Origin: Ophelia neglecta | Lineage: Eukaryota | Length of the DNA: 64,000 bases | Direction of reading: 5' to 3' | NCBI GenBank assembly: GCA_965285935.1 | Contig: OZ260664.1 | Span: 78,120,001 to 78,184,000, forward strand | Position numbers and translations under genes: made by a program | Notes under the pieces: generated by a model | Seen by the model: the letters and a program-made list of their open reading frames with translations, nothing else | Database searches by the model: none | Told to the model about the DNA's origin: nothing | Shown here: positions 1-13,600 of the stretch, one piece after another | How positions within the stretch are numbered: position 1 is the stretch's first letter | How the letters are laid out: each line of letters begins with the position of its first letter

Positions 1-529
1 ATCATAAAAAATTTAACGATCTAAATATTTCATAATATTTATTGCTTATTCGAAGTATTGCAATATAATATGTAATAACATACGAGTTAATTATTAAAAT
101 AAAAAGTTACTAAAACAAATAACCGTGACTTGTGATAAAACTGCCTGCATTTTTTTTTCAATAAAACATGATCTTATATTCGTTATGTTATTAAAGTAGG
201 CTTAAAATACTGCTCTGACATTCACAGCTTCCTGTGGTGTCTCACTTGAGAACACGTTTACTTGTATGGCAGGACAAAACGGTGGTAAGACATGACGCAA
301 TATCAAAATACCAATATGTTTGTAATTACCATTGTTATATCTTTTTTTTCAAAGAAGGTCCTTGGCTCACTTTGTGGCTCAATTTGCAACAAATATCAGC
401 CTCACGAAGCACCTTTTACATATTAAGATATTAACAAATATCCAACTAAATGTGTCGGGAGTTCGTCAAAGATTTCCAGTTTTATCTACATATTCTGCTG
501 GGTTGTCAACGAATCTGATGTAAAATGGG

Positions 530-681
530 AGTGAAACCTGTGAATTAAGACCACCCAAGGGACTGGAAAATGCTGGTCTGATTTTTGAGGTGTTCTGTTT
601 AGACAGCATGGTCCCCAAATTAGTGATCTGAATTGACAGTTGGTCTGATTATAGAGGTGGTCTTTAAGGCAGGTTTCACTG
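530..681. mobile_element. Tc1/mariner-pogo-type MITE, family 1
   Basis: TIRs AGTGAAACCTG...CAGGTTTCACT with internal AGACCACC/GGTGGTCT motifs; related copies at about 6132, 21552 and 49322. Confidence 0.75.
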
Positions 682-2676
682 GGTTTTTTTGCAAGTACAG
701 TTGATTCGATGAAGAAAGTGCCACAAGCGCTCCTATCAACATCTACTTATCAGTTATTTGACATTCGATGTGTAGTGTCTCGAGAGTAATATTATCCGTT
801 GTAATTAGGTTTCCTTTACTGGTCCATCAAATCCGACTTCTCAAAAGTGAATATTTTCCTCGAGGCATATGCTTTACTAAAAAGGATGGGTTTGATAGTG
901 TATAAATTCCAAATAGTATCTGACCGTAACACTTAAAAATACCATGGAAAAACACCATGGTGATTTGTGTTATAAGTGCGGATGATATTAATATAGAATT
1001 ACCAGGATTTTTTCTCACCTTTCGTGTAGTATCTGTCAGATCCAGCTAGTCCAACCAGCCCAGTAATGAGTGTCGGATTCCTTATTTACATCATTTAATG
1101 TAGGCTAATGGCCCTCTTAACACACAATCAGGGCACCCGTATACCAACACACTGATGAATGTGCAATTTCAGAAAGATCACATCTTTTGCAGGCAGAAAT
1201 TATATAACCTAAAGTATAGGGGTTCACTTAACTAGTTTCGTAATTATGTCAGATTCTCGTGGGGAGAGGGGGGGAGCTCCATTATGTTGGTATACCCAGA
1301 CCTGCTGCTTACATGGGTGAGATTTTCAGAGTCGGTATATACCGGTATACATGCATGGATCCATTTTGGGCTAACCCTTAAATGGGCAGATGTATTTTCG
1401 GCAAACCTTACGTAAAAGGTTTTACGAAGATTAAATTAACATCTCTTCACATTTCACTCTGGCCGACAATAAATTTGATTACACTATCAATTTTGCCCTA
1501 ATCACAGATAGGGAGCGGTCACTATTTATCAACGGGGAGGAAGTGAGGGGGGGGGGGTGCTGGTTGAGGAAAAGGCATACAGTTTAAGCAATTTACCTTA
1601 ATATATAATTCAAATTACTGATAAACAAATTATCTTGGGAAACCCAATATAAATAAAGGACGGAACTAGCCACTCTCATGCCTATATATCTTTTTTGGAC
1701 GCCTGAAGTGTCTCCTATGTATTCATTTATGTTCCAACCTCCACCTGGATTGTAGTCGTAGTAATATCTGCGCATGCTCACTGACTGCTCGGTGGCGTCT
1801 ACTGTCTGCCCCCTGATTTATATGCCAACTCGTATTTTAACGTAACGTTGATTTTCTTACAATGTTTGTTAATCCTTCGTTTGTTGCAGGTCATTTGATT
1901 GCCTTCATAAACGGCTAGGCTCCCGTATCATGTTAAGTAAAGTTGATATAATCAACAAAAGGCAAAAAGACGAGAGGCCGAGCGTTGGTGATTTAAAAGT
2001 CACATTATATCACGCATAACGCACAGGTAGAAACTAAAGATTTCGTTATTTTATATTATATCTTACAATTGTATAGTAGTTTGAGTTATGTCGTGCTTAG
2101 TAGCGTCATACATATTGAACAAGTATATTTTCTGACGGAGGTTGAGCGTAATTTAACATAGGGGAGTAGTATAATATCAGCTCTGAGTAGGTTACTCTTT
2201 CAGGTTAGTAGTATCACAATATAGCGCCACGGAGTGTGAATTTGTGATAACGTACGAAATATAATGTGACATTCACTCATTGTATAAACAGTTATTTATT
2301 TCCTTCATTGAACATACAAAAATGCTACGTGTAAAATAAAACTTAAGAAATGTTGCCATGAGACATTCGACTTTTCATGATATAATTATATCCGTACTTA
2401 CACTGCATGGTGTTGATATTCCCCTTTTTAGATATGTTTGTACATATTTTGACTGTTTCTATATTGCACACAAAGTTTGGACATTCTGACATGCTGAGTT
2501 TTAATGTTCAACGTACTGAGAGATATCATCCGTATGAGCTGAGTTATTTTGGTCAATTCATCGTTAAATTAAATGTATATACAATAGTTATAAATAAATA
2601 CTTTTACAAAAATATTGGAAAATGACTTTTCCTTCGCGCAGACATACATTCATTTCTAGATATATACAAACATCAT

Positions 2677-5132
2677 TCAATCAAGCTGGGTGAAGAGTTC
2701 CGGCAGTGTGTGTCGGTCCACCTCGTCCATCCTTTGTATCATGTCAATACAATTGGCTACCTGTCGACTGCTTAGCCCGCCAGCCTGCGCGTTGGCAGAG
2801 AACTTCTTTTGGAGGTCGGCATCGCTCAGAGGCAGTCGCCAGTGACCGTATGGTGTCGTGCACTTCGCCGTGTACGAGCTGCCATCGCGTGTCTCTACGC
2901 CAACGCGCACGTACATCCGGTCAAAATTGGGGTCATTATCGGCAGGGGTCACTACTCTGGTGAGATCTAACAAACGACGCAGGGCTGGTCTCTGAATCAT
3001 ATCATCGCTGAATGAACTCGGCTGCACCATACCGTCCAGCAGTGTGACGCATGTGTTGAACTGAAAGCTGTGCCGGGCCGCGTGTTCGTCGACCGGCAGA
3101 GGGCGGTTGACATACTTAGAGTTGGGCGCGTCCACCACAATTTCCCGGATGTCGTCCACGGATAAGGGCCCCTCTCCGCGGACTATATGTCGTCTGACTT
3201 GGGCGGCGGCGTCTGAAGCCCAGTGCATACTGAGATGGGCTGGGATCCGTTTAAAGGCGATGTCCTGTATGTCCAGAGACCAACCACCTCGTGTCTCTTG
3301 TGCATCTTTTACCGAGATTGGATTGTAGTCTCGGAAATAGGCCCCAAAGCCCGCTTGGTTGTCCATGATCTGATCGCTCCCCCTTACTCCTGCGTCAGCG
3401 AGAAGTGCCGCCTCCAGACCGAAACGAGCTGAGTTTCCGGCATGTAGGGGTTTGGCTTTTGTACCAGCGTTGGCCATTGGCGCGCCAGCAAAGGAAGCAG
3501 CAATTGCGAGAGCGTGGCGACATCTCTCGGCATCCAGTCCCAGAAGTTTAGCACAGGCGGCGGCGCTTCCCATCACCCCAACAACGGCGGGAGGGTGGAA
3601 TCTGAATTGAGAAATGGTGTTTAATCAATACACACGACCAGTTCCAATTAACTAACCTCGAACTGTGACTCAAGTTAAGAACTAGTATGATTTATCAATT
3701 AACTTTATTAATAGACCTATCATTTTCACCAATACAAATATACATTCATGTTTTTTCTTATTAGAATATCACGTTTTAATCTAAGAATAAATTATAGTTT
3801 CACAGCACCCTCTGTTAGTAGTATAACATAGTTTGCCTTACCTGTTTGGTATTTGCTGAGCATTCTGAGAGAAACGAAGTAGTAGTCCTTGCACTTCGAT
3901 TCCGATGTTGTAGGCGAGTAGTATATCAGCGCCGGACACCCGGTACTTGCCTGGCATGGCCTCGGCCAGAGCCAGAATGGCGGGCAGCACGGGTCCGCTC
4001 GGGTGGGTCGCTGGGTGCCAGGTGTCGTCGAAATCCATAGCGTGGGTCATTACGCCGTTAGCGAAGGTAGCGCCGATCAGGGAGCTGCGGGGCGGGCTGG
4101 GTTGAGAGCGGCCCCACAGGGTACAGGCCGACCCCAGCTGGGACTGGCCGCCTCCCCCCAGTAGAGCGGCATGCTCCACCGCAGTCCGGGCTATCTCGGT
4201 GGTGCTCCCGATAAGCCCCACACCCAAACTGTCCAGCATCATCCGCTTACTTCGTTTTAACACCGTGCCAGAGATATCAGACAGACTGGCGCCGGCTACG
4301 AAGTCTCCAAAAGAAGTAGTCACATTTTCTTTTAAGACATTCACTGGCTCTGCTGTCCCTGGGAAAAGACGAAGAATATCAGCACGTTCAGCAGTCTGTA
4401 TATATAAGAATCGTTCTAACTAGAAAGTATAATCACTGGACTATGTTTAGTTTAAATCATTATTTTGTTCTTACTTACGTTGTGTAACTCTGGGGTTTCT
4501 TGATACCTCTACCCCCCCCCCCCTCCACACACACACACACCTACCTACAAACCCACCTCTATGGGTCCCCTCTCTTCGGGTTACCCGGTAAAACATTGTC
4601 TATTGAGTCTTACCTTCTGCCGATTGTTGTTGTGCCATAGGAGCCGTACTGTGTTGTCGATGTGACTCAATTTCTGGCGTGGTGACAGTGTGTTTCTCTC
4701 GGGCGGGAGATGCGATCATCTGGGTCCTGTGCCCAGTACATAATGTCGTTTTCTCAGCCAACTACAAAAGGTAAATGGGTCACACTTATATAAATCAATA
4801 ACAACTATGCCTATAGCTATCGCAATTATATTTTGTATAAGGCATTCGGGAACCAAAGGGAGCCTTTAGACATGAATTTCCGCGCGACTGTCTCAGCGAT
4901 CCTTTATTTTGCCACGCAAATTTCATAGTATACAGTTTCGACGTATTATATCCAAATAAAATCAAAAAATAAACAATTCGGCAGGTTTTATCGTCCAACA
5001 ACTGTGATTGCTTTAAAACAGAAAAACTGTTCTCCAATTTAACTTTTCAAAAAAGGACATGACACAGAAAATTACAAAATAGCTAAAATAAGAAATAGAA
5101 ATTTGTTTTACCTTCTTCGCGGAGCGGAGCAT
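2677..5132 (-). CDS. ACOD1: cis-aconitate decarboxylase (IRG1/ACOD1, MmgE/PrpD family), about 536 aa, 4 exons
   Basis: Exons 5132-5112, 4761-4614, 4358-3842 and 3601-2677 have GT-AG introns with consistent phases (1611 nt total). Motifs RSKRMMLDSLGVG, AMDFDDTWHPATHPSG, RFHPPAVVG (across a splice junction), AKPLHAG, FKRIPAHLSMHW, SKYVNRP and ARHSFQF cover the IRG1 active-site residues D93/T97/H103/H159/K207/K272/H277/Y318 (human numbering). Confidence 0.93.
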
Positions 5133-5310
5133 GTTGGTTTTCAATAATATATTTCGCTGCATTCTTTCCCTGGTTGAGCGTCAACTGGCAATATACAAAA
5201 TAACAAATAGATAGCGTGACTGTTTACACTTTCGAAGATCTGTTTAGCAAATCAAATCAGTTGGCAGAATACCGACTAATTTCAGAATGCCTGTGCTCGG
5301 AGAAGCTTGC

Positions 5311-5424
5311 TTATTTATATGAATCTGAGCAGATTACATGCGCATGATTTTTGAGGTATATGTGACGCAAACAATGAGTTCTAAATAATTGTTGATTACA
5401 CTGAACATCCGATAGGGGAAAACC
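5311..5424 (-). promoter_or_regulatory. Putative ACOD1 core promoter: TATA box, bZIP site and kappaB-like site
   Basis: TATAAATA on the minus strand at 5312-5319, about 180 nt upstream of the ATG; TGACGCAA at 5363-5370; GGGGAAAACC at 5415-5424. Motif matches only. Confidence 0.45.
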
Positions 5425-6131
5425 TGCAATTGCTCCGTGGCCAAATTGAGCCTACATCCTGGTTCCAAAAGTGAACCATCTTTGGAGATGTAGGTAAAGC
5501 CAAATTTAGAAGTTAAATTACCTCATGGGTATAATAAAATATCCCGTTCGTAGTCAGGTGTATGGGAACAGGATCCAGAAGCAGCTCTCTGATTGGACAA
5601 CACAAATAATAGACACACCGCCAAGCTGTCAAGGCAATGCGCTGTGACATGTCGCTGTGACATGTCGCTGTGACCATCCACACGCATAAGAGCGAAAATT
5701 GTTCCGATCTATATGTGAAACATTAGTCATGGTTTTAGTCACTATTGTTTTAAGTAGGACTGTTTTAAATCCCACATCACTCTGTCATCACGCTGACTTA
5801 AATTCTCTCTGTAAACATGTACCTAACATCGACGACACGAGCTTAGAAATTATTCCTGTTGTTGAAATTGTAATAAATTACAACTAAGTGGCCCAGTTGA
5901 ATACGGGAATCACTTGTAACTAACATTGCTGTATAGTGTTACTGCTGGTAAGTCCAATTTCGGTGAACGATTAATATAATATATAGAGTATAGAAATTTA
6001 TTCTGCCGATATCAAACAGTAAACATACATGTATTATGATTGTGAATAACCAATATCTATATAAAGAAGAAAATAATCTAAGGTGAAAACAAATGACACA
6101 TTAAACGACATTAAGATAAAGGAAATTAAAA

Positions 6132-6304
6132 TACCGAGAAACCTGCCTTAACGTGGTATATCGAGACCACCTGTGAATTCAAATCACTAAAATTAAGGCA
6201 AAATACATGTGGTCAATGTAAAATAACCTTTGTAGGCAGACCAGCTCTATTATCAGACCAGTATTTTAAGTCCCTTGGGTGGTCTTAATTCACAGGTTGC
6301 ATTG
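6132..6304. mobile_element. Degenerate MITE, family 1
   Basis: GAAACCTGCCTTAA...AGACCACC...GTCCCTTGGGTGGTCTTAATTCACAGGTT, similar to the 49322-49504 copy. Confidence 0.6.
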
Positions 6305-9300
6305 CTTTTCTGTTAAATGGGCTTCTCATCGGCACATTCTGGAGCAAGAAATGTCACAGACCTATTGTAGCACGGCATATGTTGGACTATGTTAGAATAT
6401 GTTAGATTATGTTAGGTCTTCTTTAGACCTTTTTAACTGATGGTCGCTGACTTTGAAAAACCATCGTTCCATAATAATCAAACAAAATAGGAGTCAGTGG
6501 CTGATTTCCAATACCGTTTGAATTTTGCCCACGTATCTTAATAACAGGTTGGTAAATATATGTCCTTGTCCAGAAGGTGGAGAGCCGTTTACACACCAGT
6601 ATGATTTAACCACTGGCGGGCATTTATAACAGCTGTGATATGATACTATATCGCAGTGCATGTTCTAGGGCAAAGAGTTTTCCTCTAATCGACATTTTAT
6701 TCAGCTTTACTCTTCAAATCATAATTGTTAAAGTAGGCCTATAGGCCTATAAGGTCTATGCCTTGAATATTGATACAGCCCAGGAAACATCAAGTTTTTA
6801 GCCACATGCCAAAAGAATGTGGAGGAGAATTGTCCCTCCAGTACTTAGGCCTACGTGCTTGCCAGTGTGTGATGAAAGGCACAGTTTTGATAGCAATGCC
6901 TATAAAACTATCTGAATATTATCTTAACATTCAAATACCTAATAGATACTGGTCAGCCATGTGCATTGACTAGGCTATTTTATTGTTACTATTTTAATGG
7001 ACTACTTGGTGTCAATATGCGTTGAAGCTTCAAGTATTGCTAACTCGAAAACTGCCCACTTCCATTTTGACCAATAAGACGCCATTGTTGCTGTTAAGTC
7101 CGCTATATCATAAAAACATCCGCTTTTGGACACTGATAAGCAGGAATTCCTTTGTTGTGTCTTCAATGGGCGACTGCATCCGGATTTTTATGGTTGTCAA
7201 AAACAAATCGACGACATTTATACACTGTTATAATTAATTCTAGTGAAAAGAAACCATAACCACAAAGTTTGTTTCCTGCTATGGTCGGCTATGACAAATG
7301 AACTAGGCCTAGCACAGATTATAACCAAGACACCACGATACATCGGGGTGGAATCAAAATGGGGTTGCCTCTTTGCCTCCTTGAACGCATGATCGTTTGT
7401 ATATAACGACCACGCGGTCTTGAATCAGTGTGTTTTCTAAAAGTGTCTCCGGGAGGATGTACCTCTGGAAGTTTTGATGATAATCATTTGCCAATGACCG
7501 GAAATGGCAACCGTCCGAAGCAGGTGACAACTGGGAGAGGGTGGGGGTGGAGCAGGGTGGTAGGGGTGAGGGAGGATTGGTGTGGTGATTGAGGGGTAGA
7601 TTGAGGTGGTGGGGGCGTTATTCTTTCGTTTTCTCGATTTATTAACCTACAGTATCGGAGCTTTTGCTAGAAAAAAAAGAACAAAAGTTTCCCTAGTAAG
7701 ACTCAACGTTGGGAAAAAAACCACTTCAGCAAATGAAAAAACCGTTTAGATTTAAGTGTGGTGATTTTTCATGCTGATATCATATTGTACGTATACTTGA
7801 AATAAATACACTGTCTCAATTTAAAGCCTTAAAAAATAACCCGGTAGTTTGATCAATGTTAGTGATATCAAAAGGCTATGAATTAATAGTTTTTCTCGTG
7901 CTTACATAGCTATATTTCCCATGAAAAAATCGATCCTCATTGATCATAAGAAACAATGATTCTTTATAATTCAAATTCTATTTGACTACTCTAGAGTACA
8001 TTTTGAATAAACTGATATTTTTATGGTAAAGCCCTGTTCAATGTGACTATAAATTACTTAGACTTATATGGTCTAGATACCACACATTGAAAATGAACGG
8101 GCAGGAATTGAGTAAGGCTTAAAGTACTTAATTTATAGCCAAAAGCGATAATTGTTTTTTTAGTGACAAGGCAATATATTCGTGTGCACATGAAGGGCAA
8201 CTATACAGTTCAAATTTTAGATTTGGGGGTTATATATATCGTTCATTTCTCAACTATAAAATGTAACAGATATTAGTTGAGACCTGTTTTATAAGCGGTA
8301 TCTCTCAGGGAAAGCTAGATGTTAAAATGTGTTCAGTTATCACTGTCGATCACGTGAAGTTTATATTTAAATCTTAGTTTAAACAACACCAATAGACATA
8401 TAAGATAGCTATACGGCATAGATACAGGCCTGGGCCAAAATTGAACAGGAAATAGTGATTTGCATTTCTGTAGCTACTGCACGGCAGTGAATAAGGCGGG
8501 GAGATTAATACAGGCGTGCATTGTCAGTTCCTTCAAGCGTGATATACAAGGTTATAGTGGACACATTATTCCATTCTGTATTACAAGAACAATCCAGGAT
8601 AAATGAATCTTTTAAAATAAACTAAAGATTATTCTCCTGTTTATCCTAATCCTAGTCTATTATTGGGAATGTTGCAAGGATTTTCAATAAAATCATGCAG
8701 GGTCTAGTCGGTGAATCGTGATTTGTCCGACAATGTTGAATTGAAATTTATGCTAGCAAGTAGCGCTTACCTGCACACCGACCGCAAAATTGACAAAAAT
8801 TAATGACCCCGTACGCCGATCTAAGGTACTGCCACGGTAAGCAGGGTATGATTTAGCCATATTCCTTGTATTACATAAGATGCCCGCAGGGAGAGAGAGA
8901 GAGAGGCTTATATCTTTAGTGTCTATTTATGATGATAGGTCTGGATTTGCCGGTTATTTTGTTATGCATGACTCCACTCTTACAATATATCATTCAGGTC
9001 ATTTGTTCCACTAATGTGGCGATATATAGACAAATTCAAATGAATATAGATCTCAAAAAAGACCTAAATTAAAGTATTGGAGTAATGGGAATTGTTTGAA
9101 GTTACTCAGTGTCATAAAATGTTCTAAAACTATTTATTTAATGGTTTATATCTAAAGAATCTATTAAGATTTTTGTTGAGGCAATACTTGAATTAGAAAC
9201 CACGCAGTTGAACAGAATCCCAGCTTATCGAACTCAGCAATGGTTACTTTCTTTAATATTCCGCCATAAGGACAACTGATGGTTTATACAGAACGGGGGC

Positions 9301-10649
9301 GTTAGAAGTCGCGATGACAACACGGAAGTAAGTGGTAAAGTCTCTGTCCCTACAGTCCAATCATGATGACTTCCCGCATCAAAATATCTACCACCCCCGT
9401 CTTTTTTAGGCGAGTGTCAGTTTTCATGTTGTTTCACAATATCATTATCGGCCTATGTGTATTCTTTTCTCTCAACCCACACAACTTTTTTCTCAAGCTA
9501 AACACAGCTTCTTGCTGAAAATCAGACGCATAACCCTACGTATGGTATGTAATTGTCTCTCAATATAAATGGTATAAGAGAAGGACTTTCTGAGAAATTA
9601 TTAGTGTTTTCTGTGTAGGAATACCGCTGCAGGGTAAAATATTCATGTTCACATTCTCAGCGATAATAATAATAATAATCAGCGTTATTGCTGGTGTCAA
9701 AAGCCGAAGACGATTACGAATGTATTGGCTGTCTTCCTAATATGGGCTTATGAAGTTTTCAAAATGATATGAACTATTACCTCAAGCACATCATAAAATA
9801 AAAAGTGTGTAAAATGTATAATTACCTGACATCCTACCCTCGTGCTAAAAAGCACGATGGATCTAATACACCAATGAGCGTTGAAAACAACTAACCTTTA
9901 TTATAATTTAAATGTGAAGCCTAGTTCGTTATTATATTAAAATAGTTTAAACCAAGTAGCATTTATACTTAACTTCAGAGTATTTTCATTTTATTCAACA
10001 CTGCTAAAAGTAGATTGTTTACTATAGATTTGCAGATTCAATTACAAAATGTCTAGCAAATAAGCATTAAGATTATGGCGTTGCCTTTTTCTTTCTTTGA
10101 ATATATTTTTAGAAATCTTTGGTAGTTTCGATCTGGACATTACAATCTGCCATGCCTGATCTGCCATGCCTAGTCGACCAAAAGTCCCTTTTTTTATGGT
10201 ATATGTTCATCTTAATAGAAGTTAAGAATGAAAAATAATTAAAATTTTGATCGAAATTAAAAACTATCCTTGTTTTTAAGATCAATATGACCTAATCCGC
10301 CAACTGACCTTATTTTTGTGTGGCGCATAAGGATGTTTCTAGCTAATTATGTACTTAATTAACAGAGAAGTCACACGTTGTTAATGATTAACATGAACAT
10401 TTTATTATTTGCACCAGGCAAATTTTCTCTGTCATACAAAATGGGTGATAATAAATACTTTTACGCTTCGCAACAACATAACTATGTAGTAGATTAATGA
10501 TTATTATAAATAACAGGGCTTAATCTTTCGGTGTTATTAGTCCTTATAGCCAGCAACATGTCGTTTTTACTGAATAAACGAGCAAAACTTTCTACTTCAT
10601 ATGAATCAAAATATTTGAATTATAAGAAAGTAATGGGTTTTATTTGGTT

Positions 10650-13600
10650 TCATCTAGAGAGATGCTCTGAGATCTCTGGCAGAGAGAACATTTCGGTGTT
10701 TATGTCATCTAAGTCAATGTCGTCGAAGGCGGGGTTATTGTATCCCTGCTCAGCGTCCCTGACGTCACCAATGACCTTGACATTGGCGAGGGGCGCGCCG
10801 TCATGGCCGACGATGATGTCTGGACTCAGCTGTGATAGCTGGCGTCTAACTGCCTCGGGAACTATTGTAAGTGGCTCCAGTGTTTTCTTGCCCTGGGTAG
10901 TGACTATTCCCTCTTCTTGCTTAGCCTGTTCAAAATGTTCCAAAACCTTGCTCTTTGGCATGATTCCTATACGAAAGAAGCCAATATCGCCACCTGTAGG
11001 CAGTCGTCTACAGTCAACCACTGTGGAAGCGGCATTTTCAGCAGAGGCGCCATCACACAGCACCCCGTCACACTAAAACAGTGAAGATTTTATTAGAATA
11101 TAATTAGAAAGAAATATTTTTTGTTACTGTTATTAATAAATGGATTCATTTGGGCCAATTTTGGAAACTTTTTATTGATTCAATTTATCTGGTTGGCTTC
11201 ATCTTTATAGGCCTAGGCCCAGGTCCATAACAACCGTAATTTATGTGTAAATTACATGATTAAATTAAAAAACAAACTATAATATGGACTACAAAGCTTT
11301 TGTTTTGAACATGTTTAGTGTGTCTAGTTGACTTACATTTTGTTCTTCGAGTCTGGCGAGGACCTGGGAGTGGTGGGTGGTGTCCGCCTCCCCCGAGGGG
11401 TTAGCCGAGGTGACCGCTATGGGGCCCACCTGGTCTATCAGGTGGGTGGTCACCGTGTAGTCGGGCAGGCGTACAGCTATACTGTCTGGCTTTCCTATAT
11501 ACTTCTCCGACTCACCCAGACCTAATTTTTCCAACCATGGCCCTGCCGGACGGAAATAGATGGGGGACATATTACATTAGTTTGTTGGTACATATATGGT
11601 GTAAATGGCAATAATTTTAATGGTGTATTTGGCCAGCATTGAAATCAAAGGGACATGATCTGATATCAAACTATTGTCCAATACTTCGCATGCATATCAC
11701 AGACAGGGTAAACTATTTAATCCTTGTAAAGTTCGTAAAAATTACCTTTTGGCACGACGAGACTGATAGAGGAGGGCCAGACTTTGTTCAGGAACCTCCA
11801 GAGGAGAGGGCCGAATTCCTGTCGGGCGTGTTCCAGCTGGTCCAGACTGGAGATCCACAGCGACATGGGCCTGTCTCCAGCCTGCTTCTTAGTGTTGTAC
11901 GCTCTCTGGAAACACAAAATTCCCTTACTAAAACCGGATTTTAAACAAGTGAAACGGAAACATCTTAAAATAAAATTTCTCTATATAAAGTGAGGCCAAT
12001 GGATTGAGTTAATATTCTATTTTCCTACTGCTATTTTTGCCGATGTGAATTTCAAGGGGACGTCATTTTGATAAGGAGGATGGCAAGTTTTGCTAACAAT
12101 AAGAAGTACACATCGTATGTTATTTACCTCAACGGCTTTAGGAAATTTGCAGGCGGCAACGAGAACGTAGACAGTATCTGTAGGAATCCCTACAATACCT
12201 CCCGAATTCAATATAGCTGAAAAAAGAATCCACAACTTGATTAAAATCGTTATTTCTATTGGTCAGATGAAAATTCGAATTAAATCCCAACGAGACGAGT
12301 CAGGATCATTCAAAAAACGGTTGGGGGTTTTAGGGAATAGAGAACAACTTAGGAACCAATGCGTAAAGTTGTACAGTCGTTTAGCTTTAGCATAAGATAT
12401 ATAAAACCGACGATTATATTTGCATACAAGTAAATACATATGCACAACTACCTACCAGCTATTTCCGAGACTCCTTTTGCTTTCTTGGAAGGCGCCATTA
12501 CGACCTTGCCGCTCTCATTTGCGCCATAGACCACTTTGATGATGGCTTTGCCGAGAGGAACAAGAGCACTGCCCAGCACAGATTTGGTGGCGGAGCCGAA
12601 AAAGGCGTAAAAGCAGACGACACTCAGGATGACTGTTAGGGCAATACTAGCTCCTTGTGGAGTGGAAGCTCCGCTGGAAACGCATATGACCAAAACTGGG
12701 TTGACTAAAAGCGCCACGGAATAGAAAAACCACACCTTTTGGATAACAAGTGACAGCGCGGCGAGCAAAAGACCGCCTAGAAGAAAGGCAGTAGGGCCCG
12801 CAGCAAGCTGGAAAGATCCACTAGAACTGGCCATTATCGGCCTACCCCACAGGAGCCAAAACATGCTATACATGATGAAACTGCAACTCTGCAATGACTT
12901 CCCGCGAGACAAACAGACACAACCGACGATGAACTGAATCACGCCACCTACAGGGAGTGTCCAAAACATACTACTGACCTGACCCTCCGGCGACAACCAG
13001 AGCACAGATACTGCAGCAATGGCATTAGTGAGGAAACCTACCATTTCTATTTCGCTGTATTTGGAAAAACCAAGAATATCAGATTCAAGTGTTGTGCTTT
13101 GAATTTTATCGGCAGCATTGTTATTGTTCTTGCTGCAACATGTCTTCAAACGATTCACGCCACTGACAATTTCCTTTGAAATGCCATCGTATTTACCTAG
13201 AGGCACCTTGGACGTTTTCAAACTAATAAGTAATGCGTAATGTAAGACACCATAAATAGTAATAAGCATTAAAATCCAGCACATGACAAGGAAAAACATA
13301 CTTTGGTAACCTTGAATGGCAAGGGCAATGGTTAATATAGTATAAACACTGCTTTGAATAATATGAAACAGTGATTCTTTTGCTGAAAGGATAGATGCAA
13401 ACACAAAGCAGACGGCCATGACACTGAGACTGGCTACATTGACGGGGTCGCTGACTCCTGAAATCAAACTCAGGCCACTACAGATCCATAATGAACCATT
13501 AAGCATGAAAAACACCGAGTGGAACGGAGCAATGTACCTCAAAATGGCTACCCACCCCACAAGTGTCATGACGCCAGACGCGATAAATGTCAAAGCAAAC

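Noticed and set aside
5450-10600. Additional gene between ACOD1 and gene A
   Set aside because: Only short ORFs without motifs or consistent exon chains were found; small exons or ncRNAs cannot be excluded by eye.
10531-11076. 181-aa plus-strand ORF
   Set aside because: Antisense shadow of the last exon of gene A, with no recognisable motifs.
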